Assembly: GCA_977017575.1 (NCBI GenBank)
Contig: CDRNVI010000082.1
Span: 1-55,264, forward strand
Reading direction: 5' to 3'
Source: Paramoeba atlantica
Taxonomy: Eukaryota; Protista; Discosea
DNA length: 55,264 nucleotides
Shown here: one piece after another, positions 20,248 through 30,210 of the stretch
Numbering within the stretch: position 1 is the stretch's first letter
Layout of the letters: every line of letters starts with the position of its first letter
Notes under the pieces: generated by a model
The model's input: only the letters and a program-made list of their open reading frames with translations
What the model was told of the DNA's origin: nothing
Databases searched by the model: none
Made by a program: the position numbers and the translations under genes

Positions 20248-21606
20248 TAAACGGGGGTGCGGATTATTATTGCATTTTGGATTATTATTGCATTTCGGTT
20301 TATTATTGCACTTTCGGATTATTATTGCATTTTACACATTATTATTGCACTTTCGGATTATTCTTGTATTTCGGATTATTATTGCATTTCACTTTTCGGA
20401 TGGATAATTTATTTAAAGAAGGGGCTATTCGGCATCGGGAACAAGCCTCTGATTTTGTATAAACGGTGGACACAGACGGAGAATGTGTATCACTGAAAGG
20501 GGACGAAGGTGCCGTAGATGAACTTGGAGTCGAAGAAGATATGAGCAATCTCGATACCTACTCTATCCGTGAAGGGTTGCTTCGTTAAGAAAGCAGCGAC
20601 CTAGAGAAAATGAGTGACCTTGAGGAAGGATCCATAGATCATTGTTTATTCATGCACTTAGAGTGCAGAGATTTGCCTCACATTGTCCTTACCCGCATAC
20701 GACGGGTGGATCACGTGAGGATTTGCCCTCGCTGGAGGAGAATGGGTGCAGAGAGCTGACGTCCCAGGTGCAGAGAACTCGGTTGTCATGTGCAGGTGCA
20801 GAGAGCCGGTTGCGTAATCTCCATATTACAGTTTCGGGGGCAATCCGGGTGCAGAGAGCTGTGACAGAGCCGAGGTGCGGAGAGCTGGGCGACCGTCAGG
20901 TGCGGAGAGCCGTAAACGCGGGCAGCGAGGGACACGTCTAGTGGTCCTCAAGGGAGGCCACCGTGACTCCTAGCCCTCTCGGAGAGGTAAGGGTCGCGAG
21001 GAAAGAAGCCGAGAGAGGGAAGCACTCACTCCAGGGGAGTGAATCGGGGAGGGGTGAAGGGATGAAGGAGCGTCCTCTGCTTCAGCGATAAAGAGGGACA
21101 GTTCCAGCCTTAGCGCCGGCCAGAAACGGGCATGAAAATACAGTAAGGGTATGCCCGTTGCCGGGGAAAGAAAGGATGAACTAAGGTTAAGTACCAACAA
21201 GGTACAGAAGCTGTATCTTTTTGATAGCGTGCATTATCCAGGAATCCCACTTAAACCTTGTATACCTCAGAATGAGATCGCCTCTGATAGTGCAAGCACA
21301 CCCGATGTCATTGGACATAAACGACGTCATGTCAAGGATAACTACCGTGCATGCAGGCCCAAATCAGAAAATAAAGATCGCGGATACCGTGTGGACGTGC
21401 CAGCAGAAGTAAATCGTTGCGTTTATTCTTCAAGAGGGGCATTTTTACTTTTGCTTTTTGCGGGGAGAACATGTGACAATGCAACAATAATGTGCTTGCG
21501 GATTATTATTGCATTTCGACCACTTGCGGATTATTATTGCACTGCAATAGCTTATTGCACTACAATAGGCCTATTGCAGTGCAACAATAATCCGCACCCC
21601 GGTTTA
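20248..21606. mobile_element. Non-autonomous TIR DNA transposon with subterminal ~18-bp repeats, hosting an SL-headed insert
   Basis: Left TAAACGGGGGTGCGGATTATTATTGCA versus right TGCAACAATAATCCGCACCCCGGTTTA (inverted). GGATTATTATTGCA-type units repeat ~7 times at the left end and several times at the right. Confidence 0.75.
20640..21235 (-). mobile_element. SL-RNA-headed element (unspliced form) or SL RNA pseudogene
   Basis: The - strand reads AATGCACGCTATCAAAAAGATACAGCTTCTGTACCTTGTTG|GTACTTAACCTTAG|TTCATCC..., then two stem-loops shared with 11828-11900. The body has ~7 GCTCTCTGCACC-like motifs. The 3' end is approximate. Confidence 0.6.
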
Positions 21607-21837
21607 CATTAAAAGTCACATTTCTGATAATCACGAAGAATGAGAATTGGGCGATCAACCTGCAACTAAAAAAATGGGAGTACAATTTCAAAAGTCAAAA
21701 AAGGTTCGATTAGCGTTAGCATAAAATGCCCAAAAAAAAATCAATAAACGAGCCCTCCTTCCTTATTTTTATGCTTCTCCTGGTGGATCAACTCGTTCTT
21801 TAATTTTGTGCTTTGCGGTTTACACTCTTACTTTTTC

Positions 21838-22572
21838 ATGATTCCAAGCGCTTGTTTCTCAGACACTTCACGAACATGCCACCCGTCACGTGCTGCGAAG
21901 GTTAATTTGGTGAATCTCCCTCAAGAACATGCGCTTGCAAGATTTATCTCCGATTTGTTGAATACTGCACGCTCCTGGAGCACGCGCACCCCAGCCTGTA
22001 GTTGGGAAGGTGTACGCTGCGATGACGATGGCAAAGTGAGTGATATTTATTGGGATAGACGCGTTTTGTCGGGCGTATTGCATTTCATTGACCTTCCAAG
22101 TTCATTGGTTACATTTAGCGTAGAAACGAATACCATTTCCGGAGAAGTCGCACTGAATAAGTTACCTTTTGATCTTCACTCATTCAACCTTCACAACAAC
22201 AAATTTTATGGGTCTTTGGATTTAATTTCTCTTCCACAGCACATGGAACGCTTGTGTTTAAGCAATAATGAATTTACTGGTCATGTGTGCTTAAATCAAC
22301 TTCCTACACCACTGGAGTACCTCGCACTTGCCTCGAATTCTCTCACGGGTCCTGTAGATTTGACTTCCCTTCCGGACAATATGCAATATTTGAGTATACG
22401 GGACAACCGCTTTTCGGGAGTCATAGATTTATCCAGCCTTCCAGAATCATTGACATGTTTCTATTTATTTAACAACCAGGATCTCTCTGGTCATATCAAA
22501 CACTCTCAGATCCCGACATCCATTTGTAACAGTTTTACTGTGAAGAATACGCTAATTACTCTCACTCATTAA
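21838..22572 (+). CDS. Leucine-rich repeat protein (family copy 6)
   Basis: LPQEHALARFI..W...PACSWEGVRCD cap and six LRRs (NxFxG/NxLTG). Confidence 0.9.
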   Translation: MIPSACFSDTSRTCHPSRAAKVNLVNLPQEHALARFISDLLNTARSWSTRTPACSWEGVRCDDDGKVSDIYWDRRVLSGVLHFIDLPSSLVTFSVETNTISGEVALNKLPFDLHSFNLHNNKFYGSLDLISLPQHMERLCLSNNEFTGHVCLNQLPTPLEYLALASNSLTGPVDLTSLPDNMQYLSIRDNRFSGVIDLSSLPESLTCFYLFNNQDLSGHIKHSQIPTSICNSFTVKNTLITLTH

Positions 22573-22847
22573 TGTCTTTTTAGCTAAAAGTTCTTCACCT
22601 TTATGCTGCTTGTCTGACTCCGATATTGCACATTGAGCAACCATGAAATATTGAAGCATTGAGTACCCTCATTGTCTTTTCGCCAAGTAATTTGAAAATA
22701 TAAACGTTAAATCTAAAGGTAACACAAATCTAAAAGTAAATACAAATTTTCTTTTCTATATCCTACTCACGCTGTGTTTTTCATCTCTTTTCGATCGTTT
22801 ATACTCTCTTCCCCCACCATCTCAACCCTCCCCACCCCACCACCCTG

Positions 22848-24512
22848 TTGCCCCATCTCTCCAAAAATGCATCCTCTATGACATCCCCCGTCCATCTTCG
22901 CATCGCCCGTAGCGCCTCCCCTGCCTTCCTCCCTGCGATCTCGGAATGCGTTTCTCAACTTTCTTCTTCTTCTTCTCTCTCATCTCCTCGTATCGCGAAT
23001 CTCTACTTCTCTCCCCATTGCTGCTGTACCCCTGTGCTATGGCGACAATTTTTAAACAAGTTACTCTCCCAGCCCTGGGCCTCATCCCTGGAGCTTGTGC
23101 TCGCGACTGAAACCCTTGCCGGGCCTTTATTTAGAGAGCAAACAAGAGTAGAATACAAAGATAAGATGGTAAAAAAAGATAAAAAGGTAAAGAAGGTAGA
23201 AAACGTAAAAGAGGATAAAAAGGGAGAAGAAGATAAAAAGAGAGAAGATAAAAACCTAGAAAAAGATAGAAATCTAGCAGAAGATAAAAAGGATAACGCC
23301 ACCTTGTCACTTCTTACGCTACCTCCTGGTATACGAATTCTCCCGCTTTTTCTCCCCATAGAGTCGGCCTGCTTTCATTCCTCCGGAGTCCTAACGCTTC
23401 CCTCTGTGCTCCACACTCATTTTTCTTCCTTGAAACAACAAAAAAATATAGCACTGTGTCATTTAGATCAAGTGTTAGAGAGTGAGAGAGTGTTACCGGG
23501 GCTACGTCGGTTTCTTCCGCAAAAAGATTTGATTGGTGGCGCGGGGGTGGGGCAAACCTATTTGTGGCAAAGAAACAACGAAGGTTTTCCGGTGTTCGGG
23601 AAAGCAATGCAAAAAGGGGTGAAAAAAAGAGGGGAAAAAAAGAGTGTGCCAAAACAAAAAGTGCTTTTTCATGTCACAGAACAAAGTCAACGCGCAGCGC
23701 TCTCCGGATTTGTGTTGCTCTCCTCTCAGGTGGTTCGTTACTCCGAGGATTGTTCCAAGAACATAAAGATGTTAGAACCCTCTTCTCATTCTTTGGCCGA
23801 TCTTGAGAAGCATAACCTTACCCGGGAGGTTACCCCATCATGGGAAGCCTCTCGGCCGCTGTCCCAAATTATTACCGGAATGGAGACCGCGGGCTCTCCA
23901 CTGGTCGTCACCGGGGTGACCAATCGCATTATTCACTCCCTAAACGACATGGATCCGTTATCCGCCATAATGCAAACAACAGCGCAATACCCCTCCTTGG
24001 GCCAGTCCCTTCTTTTTGGGAAAATCTCTCCTCTTTTACCTTCTTCCCCGCAACGCAAGGGTGAGAAGAGAACTGATTCTTCTTTTCCTTCTTCCTATCC
24101 TTCTAATTTTTCCTCATCCTATTCCTCACGCTTTCCTCCCTCCCTGCCTCCTGAATTTTACCCGATTTCCGCTCGCGTCACCTCACAAGGCTTACTGGAG
24201 TTAATCCAACCGGTCCAGCCACTCGACCAGTTGGTGATTCTTCACGTCGGGGCCTCAATACAAGAGGACCACCTCTCCAGTTTGTATCCGAAACATAAAA
24301 GTAAATTTCGATCGCCTGGAAAAGATAAAATGTCTTTTCCGATTTGGGCTTTTTCTTCAGAGTCCCAAATGAGTACACCACAACGAACGATCTGGGAACA
24401 CTGGAGAGATCGAGGCGCCTCGGTCTGTGGGGGACATTTTCGACAGCAAATTTATGCCGGGAGAGAGTTCCAGGAGAGTGTTTCCTGGGGAGAGCTTTTT
24501 CGGTTGGTTTGA
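22848..24512 (+). CDS. Hypothetical protein with low-complexity Ser-rich and Lys/Glu-rich segments
   Basis: 554-aa ORF co-oriented with the cluster. No family recognised. Confidence 0.6.
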   Translation: MPHLSKNASSMTSPVHLRIARSASPAFLPAISECVSQLSSSSSLSSPRIANLYFSPHCCCTPVLWRQFLNKLLSQPWASSLELVLATETLAGPLFREQTRVEYKDKMVKKDKKVKKVENVKEDKKGEEDKKREDKNLEKDRNLAEDKKDNATLSLLTLPPGIRILPLFLPIESACFHSSGVLTLPSVLHTHFSSLKQQKNIALCHLDQVLESERVLPGLRRFLPQKDLIGGAGVGQTYLWQRNNEGFPVFGKAMQKGVKKRGEKKSVPKQKVLFHVTEQSQRAALSGFVLLSSQVVRYSEDCSKNIKMLEPSSHSLADLEKHNLTREVTPSWEASRPLSQIITGMETAGSPLVVTGVTNRIIHSLNDMDPLSAIMQTTAQYPSLGQSLLFGKISPLLPSSPQRKGEKRTDSSFPSSYPSNFSSSYSSRFPPSLPPEFYPISARVTSQGLLELIQPVQPLDQLVILHVGASIQEDHLSSLYPKHKSKFRSPGKDKMSFPIWAFSSESQMSTPQRTIWEHWRDRGASVCGGHFRQQIYAGREFQESVSWGELFRLV

Positions 24513-24828
24513 GCCAGGAGACCAGAGGCAGCAGGGGGCATGCCGTTTTGAAGAACTGCGAAAATAAAAATGAAAAACTGACCGCAACGACGGTTGGCTC
24601 GGTGTGTCACCTTTTTTTTTGCTTTCATTTTCTTGTGTATTGCTCTTTCTCAACCTTTTTATTCAAACCTGTATTCACAAAAGAAAAAATAAGAAGTCTT
24701 ACAAACAAGTCTTACAAACAAGTCTTACAAAGGTATAAAATTAAGATATTTTTTAAGATTTTATTGAAACAGCCAAGCCGTTCTCAAAGTTCTCTTTCAC
24801 ATTTCCGTCTTCTCACTGTGTCTGTTAC

Positions 24829-25479
24829 ATGTTTCTACACGCCGCGCACTGCACAGATCACCCCCGCCGGGCTTCCAAGCAACGCGTGTCGGTATCCCAA
24901 GAATATCGTCTTTGTCGTTTCATTGAAGGTCTGGACCGCATCCACCACACCTGGAACATACAAACCCCTGCCTGTGAGTGGCGGGGGGTACGTTGTGATC
25001 ACAAAAAACATGTCACCGAAATACAGTGGTCTTCTCTGTCCCTTACGGGGCTTCTACACTGGCAGCATCTCCTGCCTGGCCTCAAACTCCTCGATTTAAG
25101 CTCGGCTAAGTTTCTAAAAGAAGATGGGGAGTGGGTGGTTCGACCTACGAGACTACGCAAACCGATGGACTTCTCTCTTCTTCCCAATAGCTTAAATGTC
25201 GTGGTGTCACAAAATGCAGAAATGAGAGGGCATTTGGATCTTACGTATCTCCCGACATTTTTAAAACAGTTGGATGTCAGCTGTAATCACTATGAGGGAA
25301 CGCCGGACTTCACACGCCTTCCGAATTTAGTGGAGGAATTGCTTTTGCAAGGGAATGCGTTGAGTGGGCGACCGGATTTTTCGAAACTGCCGGATTCGCT
25401 TACGATGCTGAACCTTGCGGGGAATTCCATTGTGCTTGGCAGAGGTTTCTCTTTGCCCGGGTGTGTTTTGTTAGATTGA
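24829..25479 (+). CDS. Leucine-rich repeat protein (family copy 7)
   Basis: SQEYRLCRFI..W...PACEWRGVRCD cap and LRRs LDVSCNHYEG, LLLQGNALSG. Confidence 0.88.
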   Translation: MFLHAAHCTDHPRRASKQRVSVSQEYRLCRFIEGLDRIHHTWNIQTPACEWRGVRCDHKKHVTEIQWSSLSLTGLLHWQHLLPGLKLLDLSSAKFLKEDGEWVVRPTRLRKPMDFSLLPNSLNVVVSQNAEMRGHLDLTYLPTFLKQLDVSCNHYEGTPDFTRLPNLVEELLLQGNALSGRPDFSKLPDSLTMLNLAGNSIVLGRGFSLPGCVLLD

Positions 25480-25842
25480 TTGATTTTTTTGGTTGGATAA
25501 ATGGAATAAATGGATCATTGGTCGTCTGAACTGGGCTATTTTTTCTTGCAAACGGCTGGTGAAAATGCATCCTACTTTTTTATTTCTATATCCAAATAGA
25601 AAATACACTGGTTTAAAATACATTGGTTGTTTGCAATAGCCGAATGCTATTCAGCTTCATGGCACATCATTTGAGAGAAATTTCCTTGAAATATTTTTTA
25701 TGAATGAGCAAAATCATTTTTCTACAAACGAATTTATTTTTGGATGTGGATCAAATAATTAATACTTTGAGCTTTTGCTTGTTGTCTTTCAGATGCCTTT
25801 TACGACCGAATAGCTCGAGTTCTGCTAAACTATACATAATTC

Positions 25843-26448
25843 ATGTCGCAGGATTCCATAGATAAAACACTTCATATCCTCCCGTTTGGCGTACCGCACA
25901 ATTTTCGTTGTGGAGAGTCTTCTGTTTTTCATGAATTATTTCCTACCGTACCGACTCCTGCTACATCTACGTCCGTCGCGAATACGAATTCCATGTCCGG
26001 CAATTCTCTCGAAACAATTTTTCGTGGACGCTCCTTGAAAGGTTCCATTATCCGCACGAAGAACAACTTTCCCAACTTAAAGAAAGAGTCGGTCGAACAA
26101 GACGTCAACACAAGAAACCCAACAAATTCCAGTGAGACATCTGAGAGTGCAGCTCTGAAAGACGTCAACATCACTACGAACGCAGGTTTCTACCTCGCAG
26201 AGGAAATAAAAGATGGCACCACCTTTCGAATACCATTTGTTTCCCGCGTTACGGAGGATCAGAAAAAGAAATGTTCTGATACTGAACAAGAAAAAAGCAC
26301 CTCAGAAACTGATTCACAACCTCTCACCGAGTTTTCTAATGTAATTTTATGGGATCACGATCGTGTACCATCAACTGATGCGCAACGGTTCGTAATGTCT
26401 GTAAATACATGGGGCGCGATGGCACGTATTATTCACGGGAAAGAATAA
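25843..26448 (+). CDS. RNASEH2C: Ribonuclease H2 subunit C-like protein
   Basis: LHILP...F, FRGRSLKG, ILWDHDRVP and W..MARIIH match the recalled RNase H2C pattern. Confidence 0.7.
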   Translation: MSQDSIDKTLHILPFGVPHNFRCGESSVFHELFPTVPTPATSTSVANTNSMSGNSLETIFRGRSLKGSIIRTKNNFPNLKKESVEQDVNTRNPTNSSETSESAALKDVNITTNAGFYLAEEIKDGTTFRIPFVSRVTEDQKKKCSDTEQEKSTSETDSQPLTEFSNVILWDHDRVPSTDAQRFVMSVNTWGAMARIIHGKE

Positions 26449-26632
26449 GTCATCCTGCACCTTTCTTCATTTTTTTATCTTTGAGTGTCAAATTTGTGAC
26501 TCAAAAAAATAAGTTCTTGTTTTCAGGGTTTTTTATGCCTTTTTACTATATTTCTTTTTTAATTGCCAAAAGGCATATTTTATTGGTCAAGCAATTTGAA
26601 ATATGCAGAGGTAGCACTCTTCTTCCCCACCA

Positions 26633-28306
26633 ATGCTTTGGATAGTCATAGCATTTCTCCCGCTCTTTTTCTTTCTACTTGGAGTTCTTCGTCTTACTTT
26701 CTGGTGGTATACCCTCTTTCAACGTTCTTCAGACAAACCGGACAACATCGAACTCAAAAACAAACCCAACCGTATTAAACAAAAATCTCCCTCATCCGAT
26801 GCCACTATTCAAGAATCCTCTCCTCTCTGGGTGGGCATTTTCCACCCCCATGCTCATGCCGGAGGAGGAGGCGAACGCGTACTTTGGGTCCTTTTACACT
26901 CGTTATTACACGCTACACAGCTAGATAACACGTGGCTCTATTCCTGTCTTCCTGTTTTTGATCCCACACGTCCGCTTTTCATTGCACTCTACGTCAGTTC
27001 GGAGATCCCTTCTCTTCATCTTTTACTGGAAACCGTTCGCCAGCAGTTTGACATCCATATTCCTCTAGATAACGCAACCCAAAGGCTTAAATTGATCGCT
27101 CTTCCCAATGTTCATGAAATCGACCCCTCGCGGTACCCTTCCCTCACCCTACTCCGTCAAGCCCTCGGTTCGGTTCGTCTCGTCGCTCGCGGACTCCAGG
27201 AATTCGTCCCCGAACTTTTTCTAGACACCACGGGGGTTCCTTTTGCCTATCCCCTGGTGCATTCGTTCGGGTGTCGGATTCTTGCCTATGTCCACTACCC
27301 CACCCTGTCCCACGATATGATGGACAAAATTACAAAAACAAGTGCAAATTACAATCACGCTCCTTTTATTGCCCACTCAACTTTCCTTACGTTTCTGAAA
27401 AAAGTGTATTACCGTTTTTTGATGCGTCTTTACTTGTTTTGTGGAAATTGTGTCACCCTTGTCCTTGTGAATTCACATTGGACAAAAAACCACATGGTTG
27501 AAATGTGGAAAAGAGACCCTTCGAGGGTACATCTGATCTATCCACCTACCCCGATCGAACCGTTGGTGAAGCTTTCTCTAATCGATACTCACGAAAACGC
27601 TTCTTTGCTTCAAAAGAATTCAAATTCGTTGTCTTGTCTCTCGCCCTCCTCCTCACGTGGCCGTGTGACCCGAAACAAACGAAATGCTTTTCAAATCCTC
27701 TCGGTGGGTCAATTTCGTCCAGAAAAAAATCATGCACTTCAGCTCCGTATTCTCTCGGGACTGATTCCTCAATTTCCTCATCTGAAATTAATTCTTCTTG
27801 GTGGGACTCGAAATGAGTTGGATAGGAAACGGGTGCAGGATTTACAGGAAATCGCTCGTTTGCTGAAAATCGAGGCCCATGTCGAATGGGATTTAAATGT
27901 CCATTTTTCACAGCTTTTGTTTCGTCTACAGACCAGTGCGATTGGGCTGCACACCATGGTCGAGGAACATTTCGGAATTAGCCTCGTGGAGTACATGGCT
28001 GCTGGATGTGTGGTTGTCGCCCATGACAGCGGGGGTCCGAGAAGTGATATTGTAAAACCCTGTAGTCGGATTATGAGGAGAGATTTGGATCATGCGGAAA
28101 AAAGGAGAAGGGAAGAAGAAATAACGCAGTCGGTGGGGTTTTTGGCAAAAACAGAGGAGGATTATGTAGAAACGTTGACGCACGTGTTGAAGTTAACGCC
28201 TGGGGAACAGCTTCAAATACGGATAAACGCGAGAGAGGCGTGTCAGCGTTTCTCGCAAGGCGAATTTGCGAAAAGTCTACACTCGTTGGTAAATGTGGAA
28301 AGGTAA
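26633..28306 (+). CDS. ALG11: GDP-Man:Man3GlcNAc2-PP-Dol alpha-1,2-mannosyltransferase
   Basis: N-terminal TM, FHPHAHAGGGGERVLW, YVHYPTLS, VNSHWT, GQFRPEKNH, EHFGISLVEYMAAG, HDSGGP. Confidence 0.95.
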   Translation: MLWIVIAFLPLFFFLLGVLRLTFWWYTLFQRSSDKPDNIELKNKPNRIKQKSPSSDATIQESSPLWVGIFHPHAHAGGGGERVLWVLLHSLLHATQLDNTWLYSCLPVFDPTRPLFIALYVSSEIPSLHLLLETVRQQFDIHIPLDNATQRLKLIALPNVHEIDPSRYPSLTLLRQALGSVRLVARGLQEFVPELFLDTTGVPFAYPLVHSFGCRILAYVHYPTLSHDMMDKITKTSANYNHAPFIAHSTFLTFLKKVYYRFLMRLYLFCGNCVTLVLVNSHWTKNHMVEMWKRDPSRVHLIYPPTPIEPLVKLSLIDTHENASLLQKNSNSLSCLSPSSSRGRVTRNKRNAFQILSVGQFRPEKNHALQLRILSGLIPQFPHLKLILLGGTRNELDRKRVQDLQEIARLLKIEAHVEWDLNVHFSQLLFRLQTSAIGLHTMVEEHFGISLVEYMAAGCVVVAHDSGGPRSDIVKPCSRIMRRDLDHAEKRRREEEITQSVGFLAKTEEDYVETLTHVLKLTPGEQLQIRINAREACQRFSQGEFAKSLHSLVNVER

Positions 28307-28467
28307 CACAGTTAAAGTTTTTGCTTTTATCCATACTGAAGAGAAAGATTAGTTTTGGCAAAATCTTCTGGTTGTGAAATGAATCAATCTTTCCCCTGAC
28401 TGTGCTATTTCCACGAGCTCACCTCAAAACGATGTTTACCAACATTACGTATGCGTCTATTATCGAC

Positions 28468-29181
28468 ATTGCGGTGGTTGTATAACTACCGCTCTACCCT
28501 CGATTATTGCGAACAAAGTGAACAAAAAAAGTGAAAATATAAAGAGGAACACAGTAATATAATAGAAGAAAAATATAAAAGGGGGCCCCGGTGGTCCAAA
28601 ACTGAAAAAAAAAATCAAAAAAATGGGGGGTCTAGGGGGGGTCCAGGGGGGGGGCATACGTCGTTTTTTGAAATTTTTAAAATCTTGATTTTCGAGATCG
28701 AGCGCAAGGAAGTGGTAGAGTAGGCCGCAGCGATGACTCTCCACCCCCCCACCTGGGGGTACCCCCCCCCCTGGTAAGCGCGGGAGGGGTCTGACAAGGT
28801 CAAAATTTCCGAAATTTTTGGGATGACCAAAAAAAAAAGAAATTGACCCAAAAAAAGTAAAAATATTATTTTTCCAAAATCGACTCCTAGAACGTATTCG
28901 GAGGGTTTGGGACCTCAGCTACCATTCTACGATGTTTTTGTCGACAGATTCGACTCCTGCCACTACTGCTAAGGCATCCAAAACGGCTCAAATTCGGTGT
29001 GAAATTTTGCAATTTTTGCCGAAAAATCGAGCTTTTGCACCCCAAAAAGTAGATTATTCATGATCATTTGGAGATTTTTTTTAGGCTCTTCGTCAAACGC
29101 GGCGGTAATTTTCAACGCGAAGCGCGCAGCATGAGTCACTTCTACGTTGAAAACAACCACCGCGTTTAACGAAGAGCCTAA
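28468..29181 (+). repeat. Non-autonomous Helitron-associated repeat, unit B (apparently full length)
   Basis: Starts with the ATTGCGGTGGTTGTATAACTACCGC hairpin and ends with the large palindrome. Homologous to 11203-11719 and 38345-39034. Confidence 0.85.
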
Positions 29182-29355
29182 TGCTTAATCTTCTTCCTGA
29201 TAAACTCCGCTATATCCCTGTATGAAATCTTGTAGCTCAAACATCAAATGATAAAACCAATGTTATTCTATGAACTCGAATCTTCGATGAATTCATACAT
29301 GTATATTCTGTATCTCAAGCACGAAGGTTTGGTCATGTAATATTTTACTCACCTC

Positions 29356-30111
29356 ATGCCTTCTCCTGTTATTGCGGCTTCCCTACTTCGTCTCCCTGAC
29401 AGCCTACCGCTATGCTCATTAGACAACACACCAACGGTACAAGAGCACACATGCATCCAAGAGCTACAAAGAAGACATCCAGAACTATGGCATCCATCGA
29501 AACTGCAAGAATCTGCACCTACGTTTTGTACAGAAGAACTTTTATCGGGTGTTTTACATGCTTTGTTGGATAGTCCTCGACAACCTGTAGTTTTTATTCT
29601 CCTTTTTCGGAAAGAAATTTCACTTCCTGTGGGAAGCACTCGTGAGCTGTTGCTTCAAATGGCTGCTCATTTTTCGACTCGTTTCTCTTCTGACTCAATT
29701 CGCGAGGCGAACACTCCTTACGCCTTCGGTAGTTTTTCTGCAGATCTCAAACAGCAAACTTACAATTTTGAGTCTCGTTTAGCTCTTGGCGTCGAGAAAC
29801 GCAGTATTCCTGCAGTGGATACCATCCGATCTTCGGAGGAAACATCCATGACTTCCGGGGCACATGGAGAGGTTGCGATTAAATTGGGTGAGGTAGAATC
29901 TCTGCTACGTTCCAATTTAAACGACATGGTACTTCGCGGAGAGACGCTGGAGACAATGTCGCACTACAGCGCGGAACTTAAGGAACACAGCGCGAAGTTT
30001 CGTCACCGTGCCGTGAAGCTGAATCGTCCGAACTGGAGAGCTCGTGCCGTATCTGCACTTTCTGTTCTATTTTTCATTTTTCTCCTGTACTGGCGGTTTA
30101 TTGGTTTGTAA
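29356..30111 (+). CDS. R-SNARE (synaptobrevin/VAMP7-like)
   Basis: SNARE motif KLGEVESLLRSNLNDMVLRGETLE..L..HSAKF with R at the 0 layer, and a C-terminal TM helix. Confidence 0.88.
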   Translation: MPSPVIAASLLRLPDSLPLCSLDNTPTVQEHTCIQELQRRHPELWHPSKLQESAPTFCTEELLSGVLHALLDSPRQPVVFILLFRKEISLPVGSTRELLLQMAAHFSTRFSSDSIREANTPYAFGSFSADLKQQTYNFESRLALGVEKRSIPAVDTIRSSEETSMTSGAHGEVAIKLGEVESLLRSNLNDMVLRGETLETMSHYSAELKEHSAKFRHRAVKLNRPNWRARAVSALSVLFFIFLLYWRFIGL

Positions 30112-30210
30112 TCTTGTGCATAATTCTCTGATCGCAATTGAGTGGGGAAACGAATAATTTTGAGGTTCGACGAAAAGTTATCAGAATATTTACTTGTCTA
30201 AAAAAGTACC

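Noticed and set aside
21221-21412. APE-endonuclease-like IQESHL peptide
   Set aside because: It is a single short motif overlapping the antisense SL sequence, with no further APE motifs.
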